Origin: Ascoidea asiatica JCM 7603
Lineage: Eukaryota; Fungi; Ascomycota
Length of the DNA: 64,000 nt
Direction: 5' to 3'
Assembly: GCA_001600695.1 (NCBI GenBank)
Contig: BCKQ01000017.1
Location: 62,001 to 126,000 of the forward strand
Shown here in pieces: positions 24,888-33,863 of this stretch. Both the position numbers and the translations under genes were made by a program. How positions within the stretch are numbered: the stretch's first letter is position 1; the number at the start of each line of letters is the position of its first letter. Under the pieces are notes generated by a model. The model did no database searches. It was not told the origin of the DNA and worked only from the letters and a program-made list of their open reading frames with translations.

Positions 24888-27713
24888 CTAAATGCTAGAG
24901 CCCCCCAATTTTCCAGGCAATTGGGAAGAACTATTATTATTTACACTCCCAGTGTTTTTACTGGAAGAGGAATTGGATTGATTGGATGGGTTTAAAAATG
25001 CTGGAATCTGGAAATTATTAGACGATAAGTTTGTACTAGGCAATAAGAAGCTATTAGTTAAATTAGAGAAACTATTAGATGAATTAGAAACTAACGGGTT
25101 ATTTGATGAGTTAGAATTCTGCAATGGTTGTTGTAGTAAATGATCAGGAAAGGAATTGTGATAGAGAAAATGACTAGATGATAATAGACCACCTATTCCT
25201 GTCAAGGAATTATTATTGTTATTTGAGTTGTTAGAGTTTATAGTTATATTGTTTGAAATATTATTATTCGAAAACAAGTTTGAGATAGAAGAATGATTGG
25301 TTGAATTATTTACATTTGATCCTAAATTAGACGAATTAATAGCCTGCAAAGGATTAGTTAATAATTTTGGAGGAAGTAAGTCTATAGAACCTAAATTATT
25401 ATTAGTTGAACCAAATGAATTTTTAAAAGAATTTGGCCCTTGAAATCTTAAAGATGCCAAAGAGTTCTTTTTTAAAGATGAGGGGTTTAAAGTGTTAGTA
25501 GATGAAAAAAGATTCAAGTTTGGTAAATCAATTTCAGAAGAATTAACAATATTTGAAGAATTATTGTTACTATTAGAGGATGTCCCCTGTTCTTCTTTTT
25601 CATCTGATAAAATTAGGTTTGCTATGGAAATAACATTATTATTACTTATGCTATTATTTGAATTAGTGTTATTATTATCCAATATGGAGCTTATATTGCT
25701 AGGATTGTTATTGCTGTTACTACAATTACCATTGTTATTGTCATTAATATTATTATTATTAGTATTATTTGCATTATTGTAATTATTGCTAGTATTATTG
25801 TCCTTATTGTTATTATTACCTGTATTACTGTTTGTATTACTATTTGTATTATTATTTGTATAATTATTTGTATTATTATTTGTATTATTATTTGTATTAT
25901 TTGTGTTATTTGTGTTATTTGTGTTATTTGTGTTATTTGTGTTATTTGTGTTGGTATTATTGTCTAAGTTAAAGTTGTCAAAACTATTCCTATTAAGATA
26001 TTTATCAAATTCATTTTTGTTATTGCTCTTTTTTAAAAAGCCAAAGCTATTAGAATTATTGATATCACCAAACCCACCATTATTTTTATTAAGGCCATTA
26101 TATATATTTTCATTTGAATTAATTAGATTTAAATTATTATTAGAAGGTAATAATTCACTGTCAGTTCTATTACTGACGTTATAGTTTGTGGGAATATTAC
26201 ATAAATTATCCCAGTTATCATTACGAGAAAAATTGGTGTTGCTGAATGTATTAGTTACAGAACTGAAGTTAGAATTAAAATTTGAATTGAAATTAGAATT
26301 AAAAGCATCTAAAAAGTTAGAATCAAAATTTGAATACAAGTTCGTTCTGTTAGGTAACATATTCAACTTTAAAGGACTTTTTGAAATAATAGAAGTATGA
26401 GAACCCATAGTATTTTTTTCATCTTTTTCTTTCAAAAGTAATAATTGGGAGTTTTTATTGAATTGAATATCAGATGTCTCTAAGGATAAAGAGGGAAGTT
26501 GATTATTTGAAAAAAATAAAGAATTTTCATTTGAAAAATTCTCTGAATTATTAGCTGTATTTGTTGTCTTATAATCTTTAGATTTTTCAGAAATACTTTC
26601 TGGAGGTTCTGATTTATTTTTTTCCTTATCTTCGTTTACGGAATCTTTTTCGGAACCAATTTTTAGCGTGTTGGCTATGTGAGTAGTATTATCAGTTAGT
26701 GTCTCATCTTTTTCAAAAATGGTAGGATCTTTATCAACCGAAGGACCATCTTTTTTCATCAGTATATCATCACTGTTATCTTCATTGATTTCTTTATCAT
26801 TGCCGGCGTTGCTAATAGTTGAAGGCTGCAGGTTTGGAGTACCATTATCTGGATTTAGAATATCATCTAAATCATTATGAATTGTAGAAGTTTCACTAAT
26901 TTTTCCATCAAGAAAAAAAAGATTCAAATACAGCATAACTAGTTCTACGTTTGGAACTGCGTCTAAATCAATTGGAAAACTATTTTTAGCTAAGACTGAT
27001 TGTTTATATTTAGATCTGAGCTCTTTATAATTTCTTTTTGTAGTTGAGAAACATCTCAATTTCGCTAAATTATGTTTTTTACAAAATCTTGACCAAAAAT
27101 TATGACCAAGTGTAACATTATCAAAAACCAATGGGTTTGCTTCAACTCCTTTCAAATTATTATTAATATTTTTGGATACCCGATCAGTCGAAGATATATT
27201 TTCTAGGATTTTTCTTCTATAATATACAATTATTCGTATTAATTTTTTAACATCTCGTACTCTTAGATATTTATTATTGTTATCATGAATACGAATTAAT
27301 TGTAACAAAATTTTCTCTTCATTTGGTGTTAATAAACTGCAACCCTTATAGCTACGAGAACTATAATTTGAGGAACGATTATTTGATAGATTATTAATGA
27401 CAAAATTAGGATTCGAATTTGAAGAAATTGTGTTTGAATTTGACGGAGTAATATTTGAATTCGAAGAACTGGGTATTATCTTTTTGCTAGTGGGGACTTC
27501 TTTAGTCTCAATAGTTAAATCTTTTTTTAATAATTTCAATCTATTTCTTAAAGTTGAAGCAGCAACGCCAAATTCACCGGCTGCTGTTCTTAAAGGAATT
27601 TTTTTCTCTAAAACTTTCTTTAAGGCATGCTCAAGTCTTTCTTCCTTTGACGTTGTAGTATATTGTATTAAGCTGGGTTGTCTTTCTATGATTGTTCTCT
27701 TAACCTTTCCCAT
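24888..27713 (-). CDS. HTH-psq + CENP-B/Tc5-type HTH protein (pogo/Fot1 transposase-derived DNA-binding module) with long N/S-rich tail; no DDE domain visible
   Basis: RLEHALKKV....PLRTAAGEFGVAASTLRNRL (psq), LLTPNEEKILLQLI...LRVRDVKKL...LGHNFWSRFCKKH (CENP-B HTH); C-terminal about 500 aa low complexity. Confidence 0.7.
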   Translation of the reverse strand: MGKVKRTIIERQPSLIQYTTTSKEERLEHALKKVLEKKIPLRTAAGEFGVAASTLRNRLKLLKKDLTIETKEVPTSKKIIPSSSNSNITPSNSNTISSNSNPNFVINNLSNNRSSNYSSRSYKGCSLLTPNEEKILLQLIRIHDNNNKYLRVRDVKKLIRIIVYYRRKILENISSTDRVSKNINNNLKGVEANPLVFDNVTLGHNFWSRFCKKHNLAKLRCFSTTKRNYKELRSKYKQSVLAKNSFPIDLDAVPNVELVMLYLNLFFLDGKISETSTIHNDLDDILNPDNGTPNLQPSTISNAGNDKEINEDNSDDILMKKDGPSVDKDPTIFEKDETLTDNTTHIANTLKIGSEKDSVNEDKEKNKSEPPESISEKSKDYKTTNTANNSENFSNENSLFFSNNQLPSLSLETSDIQFNKNSQLLLLKEKDEKNTMGSHTSIISKSPLKLNMLPNRTNLYSNFDSNFLDAFNSNFNSNFNSNFSSVTNTFSNTNFSRNDNWDNLCNIPTNYNVSNRTDSELLPSNNNLNLINSNENIYNGLNKNNGGFGDINNSNSFGFLKKSNNKNEFDKYLNRNSFDNFNLDNNTNTNNTNNTNNTNNTNNTNNTNNNTNNNTNNYTNNNTNSNTNSNTGNNNNKDNNTSNNYNNANNTNNNNINDNNNGNCSNSNNNPSNISSILDNNNTNSNNSISNNNVISIANLILSDEKEEQGTSSNSNNNSSNIVNSSEIDLPNLNLFSSTNTLNPSSLKKNSLASLRFQGPNSFKNSFGSTNNNLGSIDLLPPKLLTNPLQAINSSNLGSNVNNSTNHSSISNLFSNNNISNNITINSNNSNNNNNSLTGIGGLLSSSHFLYHNSFPDHLLQQPLQNSNSSNNPLVSNSSNSFSNLTNSFLLPSTNLSSNNFQIPAFLNPSNQSNSSSSKNTGSVNNNSSSQLPGKLGGSSI

Positions 27714-28674
27714 TGAATATTGAAGTTTAGCATTTGAAGCAATAAAAACTTTACAGAAAATTTAATTGATACCCTCAGTAATTTTGAAGAAAAGTCTTCT
27801 TACACTATAAATATTTATCACTAGAATGTTATTATTTGAATAATGAATAGTTTTCTTCCTTTCTGATGTAATCATAAATATTACAATAAAAATGATTCAG
27901 AAAATGCATAGAGCTTGTTTTCTATCAGCGTTAGAATTGCTTTGGCATCGGATCATGTCAAAGAAAACAAAGAGAACGAACGGAATTTCCAAGCAGTGCA
28001 ACAAAAGTCTGAAAATGGACTTGAATATAAATATGAACAAGAAGCACTTATGCTAATTAATAACAGAAGTTTGATTAAATTGATTTTACACTTTGATAAA
28101 ATCATCTTGTCTAGACTTGTCTTTTCTTGGTCAAACTTATTTTTTTGAAAAAAATGATGTTATGCTGCTCAATTCTTCTCTGGGAAGAAGATACTTAAAC
28201 AGCTTCACTTTGTGATTTTTAAATAGGTTACAGTAGAAGCAGAATAATCATCATTCGATTACCAACTTAATTAGATGAATATGTTTATTTATTCATAAAT
28301 CACTGGGTGAAATAAGTTATTTGTATTAAATCATGCTTCAAATCATGCTTCAAATCATGCTTCAAGAGAAGCTTCAAGAGAAGTTTTATTGCTTTTTATA
28401 TAAAAGGAGGTAGTATCTTAACCATTACAGACAGTTTGTTTTAACAGTTACACAAATGAAATTGATCTTCTTTTTTTTTGGATATGTTTTCAAAAAAATG
28501 ATAATAAATAAATTTTGTTTTGTTTTATTTACTTTAATATTTGTTTTATCACTCATTTTTACTGATTTTTTAGAGATTTTTATTCTAATTTCTAGCAAAT
28601 ATATAAGATTAAAAGGTCAAATAAATTCCATTATAGGTTACATTAAATTAAGTTAAATTGTATTGAATACAAAA

Positions 28675-29664
28675 ATGTCCAATTCTTTGAAAGCAGAATT
28701 AACTCCAAGAAGATTTTTAACAGATAATAGGATTCCAATTCCAGAAATTAAAGTTGTTGAAACGTTTAGATATATTATAGATGGAAAAGAAGTAGATCCT
28801 GTTGATTTATTATTCAATAATAACAGTGATAATATTACTTATGATAACAATAATAACGATAATGATAATGAGAATAAGAAGAACAATAAATTAATAGATT
28901 ATTCTACTCAAGAAAAAATAAAAAGGATGTTTACAAGTAAAAAAAAACAGAAAAATAAAAAACTTGAAAAAAATATTAATAGTAATATTTCAAATAATAA
29001 TATTTTAAAAAATACAAGATCTTCTTATAGTGATTTTTTAAGGGCAAGTAGGAATGAGTTCAAGTTATCTGATATTACAAAGACTTCATCATTTTCATCA
29101 ATTGAAAATATTCAGAATAATAAACTTATACACTATGATCATAATGATTATGATGGTAATTATGAAATTTCAAAAAATAAAAATAGAGAAGATTTTATAA
29201 AAGAGAAAGAAAAAGAAAAGATGAATAATAATAATTTTTATATTTATGATGATACCGAGGATGATAATGATTCTGATATTATTTCAATTTCAAAATCAAA
29301 ATCAAAATTAAAAATAAACGCTTCGACTTCAAATAATGTTTTAGATTTAGAGAATGAATTAAAATATTCAAATTCAAGTTCAAGTTTAAGTGTTAGTTCA
29401 ATTAGAGAAATATTAATAAACTTAATTTTTATTCCTTTAGATTATATTTATAATTATTTTATCAAATTATTTTCAATAAAAATAATCAATTCAGATGATA
29501 AAAATATAAATAACAATATTTTCTTAAAAAGTTTCTTTAATGTAATTGAAATCATATATTTTATATTATGTATTTTAATTTTAAATATTATTATAAAGTA
29601 TTTTTTTAAATTATTTGTTTGTTTGATGAAGATTATTTTAATCGTATGTAATTTATTTTGTTAA
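28675..29664 (+). CDS. Uncharacterised protein with C-terminal hydrophobic (membrane) segments
   Basis: 329-aa ORF from ATG 28675 in good AAAAATG context; hydrophilic N-terminus, hydrophobic C-terminal about 50 aa; no recognised motif. Confidence 0.6.
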   Translation: MSNSLKAELTPRRFLTDNRIPIPEIKVVETFRYIIDGKEVDPVDLLFNNNSDNITYDNNNNDNDNENKKNNKLIDYSTQEKIKRMFTSKKKQKNKKLEKNINSNISNNNILKNTRSSYSDFLRASRNEFKLSDITKTSSFSSIENIQNNKLIHYDHNDYDGNYEISKNKNREDFIKEKEKEKMNNNNFYIYDDTEDDNDSDIISISKSKSKLKINASTSNNVLDLENELKYSNSSSSLSVSSIREILINLIFIPLDYIYNYFIKLFSIKIINSDDKNINNNIFLKSFFNVIEIIYFILCILILNIIIKYFFKLFVCLMKIILIVCNLFC

Positions 29665-29719
29665 ATAATATAAATGATATAATATAATATAATAAAAAAT
29701 AACATAATACAAAAAAAAA

Positions 29720-29912
29720 TTATTTTCTTCTTTCGGAAGTAATACAACTCATACATATTAAATCATTACCTCTAGTAACTTTCCAAAACATTATTTTACC
29801 ATCATCTCCAGTACTACTTAATATAGTTCCTGTTACATTCCAACTTACAGACCATACATTTGAATGATGCTGACTTCTTGAAGGTAAAAGTTTTACTTTT
29901 AAAAGAGAAGAG

Positions 29913-29952
<40 letters not shown>

Positions 29953-31231
29953 CATAGGAATTAAATTCAGAATTTGAATTTGAATTTGAGTTTGAAATTG
30001 AATCAAGTTGATTATTAATATTATTATTACCATTGTTGTTATTGAACTCTGGATTGAATATAGAAGCAGAAGAAGTTTCAGTAATTTTAAATACTCTAAC
30101 TTGACCATCATCGGAAGCAGTTGCAATTAAATGATAACTACGACCCATAGTTGGAGCCCAAGAAACATCTCTTATTAAACCATTACGAAATTTTTCAAAA
30201 GTTTTGATAATTTCATAACCACCATTAGTTTTTGAAGATTCATTTAGATTTTGTAAATTTAAATCAGATAAAGAGTTTGATATTGAATTTGAATTTGAGT
30301 TTGAATTTGAGTTTGAATTGGTGAAAGTATTGAAGTTATTAAAGTTATTATAGTTATTTGAATTATTTGAGTTATTCAAATTTGGAATTAAATTTAAATT
30401 ATTATTGTTATTATTAATATTATTAGAATTATTTGAATTATGAGAACTATTTGAAGTATTTGAATTATTTGAATTTATATTACTATTAATATTACTTAAA
30501 TTATTTAAATTTTGATTTGAATTTGAGTTTGAATTGGAAATTGAATTTGAATTTGAATATATTGAAGGATTATGAGAAGAAATAATTGATTTTTGAAGTA
30601 TATAAGCATCATTAAATATAGTTACAATGAATTTTTCATTTGAGAATTTTGAAGGACACCAAGAAAGAGAATAAGAATGTGGTATTGAATTATTTGAAAT
30701 TAAATTTTTATATTTTTTTGGATTAAAATTTATAAAATTAATTTCATTAATTAATTGCCAAGAAGTAAAATCAGAAAAATCAGATAATTCATAAATTCTT
30801 ATGAAACCATCAGAAGAAATTGAAGCTAATTTACAACCAAGATGACTTGGTAAGAATTCAATATGATAAATTGGAGATTTTGAATCAGATAATTTTGTTA
30901 ATAATTTAAATTTTGGATGATTTGAATTTTTTAAAATTTGCCAAATTTTTATAGATTTATCAAAAGAACAAGAAGCTAATAAATTACCAAATTCAGGAGC
31001 AGACCATCTAACATTGATAATTGAAGAATCATGAGCTTTCCAATCTTCAATTAAAGTTGCATTGGAAGTTGAATTAAAATCTATATCATTATTGTTTGGA
31101 TTATATTGAGATAAAGAATAAACTTGAATATGTTGATCACTTGAACAAGTAGCTAATTGTTTACCGTAAAAGTCATAAGCAATATCATGGATCAACTCAG
31201 TATGTCTTGTTACCAATGGCTTCAATCCCAT
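29720..31231 (-). CDS. SEH1: WD40 nucleoporin / SEA complex subunit Seh1
   Basis: H.ELIHDIAYDFYGKQLATCSSDQHI, WKAHDSSI..V.W..PEFG, LIRDVSWAPTMGRSYHLIATAS.DG, VWSVSWNVTGTILSSTGDDGK; large N/S inserts. Confidence 0.93.
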
Positions 31232-31684
31232 ATTGCCAATTATTATATATTTCGATGAATCTAATAAGTTCCACTATCAATTATATCTATCAGTTTTACT
31301 CATTAACTCATTTATTTATTGTTCATTATTCAATTCTTCAATTTCTCAACTATTTCATATTGGACCTTTTATTTATTTCACTCCACCGAGAGAAATAGCC
31401 CGGTGCTGACGTAATCACACCCCACGTGAGTGAGCTGTGCATAAGCACTTCCACAGCAGATTTCACTGTTACTACTGTACTGCTATTTGTATTTGTACTG
31501 GGAGTAGCAAAACAAACAGAGAAGAAAGCAGCGATAATAAACAAAAGAGCAAGAATTCTGAATTCTCGTTTGTCATATATAAAAAGGAAACTGCCCTTCT
31601 TTTCCATCTGCAATTCACCTTCTTTCACCCTTTTGTTTCAATCCACAGACCCATTTCATTCAAATCTACTTTTGCTTTGTATCT

Positions 31685-32237
31685 GTAAGTATCTTTTCAA
31701 TCTTCTTCAAATATACATTTTAAACCTTCTTCAATTTCATTTTCTCTTTTTCTCAGCATCGCGTGAATATCATGACATGGGACTTGGTGCATCTGATCCT
31801 TTTCTGCTAATCAGGTGAGAATAAATCACATTTTAATCACATTTTTATCACATTTTTATCACATTTTAATCACATTTTAATCACATTTCTCAAGCTCTTG
31901 CTTTTAATACTGGATCATCTGATATTCCCATACTAAGTGATAAAATAATATATTCAATCATTTATTGTCTGATTTTGGTGTCTCGCGTATTTTTTCATTT
32001 GTTATTGTTTTGATATTCTCTATTTACTTTATTATTTTGGTGTTTTATTCTATTGTTTTTATTTTATTATTATTATTATTATTATTTATTATTATTTCAC
32101 CTCATCAAATATAATCAAATAATTATCAATGTTTTATTATTAGTTCTAGTTCTTAATTCTTATTTTTTATTTCTTATTTCTTTGGAAAATGTGACTTAAG
32201 TCAGCATACTAACATTCTTTTAATTTCAAAAAATCAG
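31685..32237 (+). other. Probable 5'UTR intron of CBF1
   Basis: Donor GTAAGT 31685 (alternative GTGAGA 31815), perfect branch point TACTAAC 32207-32213, acceptor CAG ending 32237, 107 nt before the ATG. Confidence 0.6.
31825..31888 (+). repeat. Six 11-bp tandem repeats ATCACATTTT(A/T)
   Basis: Units start at 31825, 31836, 31847, 31858, 31869, 31880. Confidence 0.9.
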
Positions 32238-32344
32238 ATTTCACTTTAATCTAATCTAATCTAATCTAAATTTTATTCAATCTAATTTTAATTTAATTTA
32301 AATTAATTCAATCTATTTTTTCAATTTTTTCGGTTTTTTTAAAA

Positions 32345-32833
32345 ATGTCTAAAAATGATGAAAGTAATATTGATTCTGAATTATTAAGTAAACAACCTGA
32401 TTATTCTAATTTAAATAATAATAATAATAACAATGATGAAGATAATAAAAACTCTATTGGTAATGATGATATCACAATGACTGATGAAGCTGAAATCAAC
32501 CAAGTAGCTGCTGCTGCCGTATATGCTGCTTCTCAACTACAAGAACAAGAAAGGGAAGAAAGAGAACAGCAACAACAACAACAACAGGATCATAATCAAG
32601 ATAATAATGATCAACAACAACAGTTACAACAATTACAAAATAATGTTCAAGATCAAGATCAAGACCTTGGAAATAATCAAGTTCATGATAATATTCAAGA
32701 TGATATTCAAAATGATATCCAAAATCATATTCAAAGTCATATTCAAGATAACGAAAATGATAATGATAATGATGTTAATATGAATAATAATAATAATAAC
32801 AACAATAATGATAATATGAATAATATTAATATC

Positions 32834-32865
<32 letters not shown>

Positions 32866-33523
32866 AAATGATATAGATTTACAAGATGCTGATGTTAATA
32901 ATGTTCAACAATTACATGATCAAATTCAACAATCAATGACTGAAAAAGAAGATGTTGCTTTACAACAATTACAAGATTTATCAAATTATAATTTATCTCA
33001 TAAATCAAATGATTTAATTAATTCTGATAATGAAAAACAATTACCTTTATCTTTAACAAAAGATATTAATAATAATAACAATAATAATAATAACTCTTTA
33101 CAACAAATTAATTCAAATAATTTAGAAGATTTAAATAGATCTGCCCTTCGTCGTACACGTCCATTTTCTTCTCAAGATCCTGATGAATTTCAAAGAATGA
33201 AAAGAAATAGTCATAAAGAAGTTGAAAGAAGAAGAAGAGAAAATATTAATGCTGGTATTAGAGAATTAGCCGCTTTATTACCTTCAACTGAAGCAAATAA
33301 AACTCAAATTATTAGAAAAGCTGTTGAATATATTAAAACTTTAAAAGAAAATGAAACAAATAATGTAGAAAAATGGACTTTAGAAAAATTATTAACTGAT
33401 CAAGCTGTTGCTGAATTAGGTTCTTCAAATGATAAATTAAAAAGTGAATTAGAAAAAGCTTATAGAGAATTAGAACGTTATAGAAAACTTTATAATGATT
33501 TAAAACAAAATAAGAATAATTAA
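32345..33523 (+). CDS. CBF1: bHLH-zipper centromere/promoter factor Cbf1
   Basis: KRNSHKEVERRRRENINAGIREL..LLP....NKTQII.KAVEYI..LKENETNNVEKWTLEKLLTDQ. Confidence 0.95.
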
Positions 33524-33863
33524 TCATTTACCCAATTAATTTATCACTTAATAATCCTATTCTTCTTTGTATCTTATTTTACTTTATTTTATTTATTTAT
33601 CGGCCTTCTCTTTTCTCTTTTATCTCTTATCTTTAGTCTTTTCTATATTTGTCTTTTTATTATATTTCGAATTTTATTATAGTTAATTTTTCAACTTATA
33701 TTGTAACTTTTTTTTGATAATAAAACTCGTTTATTTTTTTATCATTTTTTCAATTCAATTTAATTTAACTTGACTTAACTTAAGTTAACTTATAGTTTTT
33801 TCTAATAATAAACAAAATAATAAACATATTATATTTAATAATTTTAAATAATCTTAAATATTT

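Noticed and set aside
25492-26400. Leu/Val-rich antisense ORFs (also 34870-35079, 54092-54373, 29899-30126, 32523-32783)
   Set aside because: Shadow or alternative-frame readings of microsatellite-rich coding sequence
31825-31888. CRISPR-like or telomeric repeat array
   Set aside because: Eukaryotic context, no spacers, internal location; a simple tandem repeat
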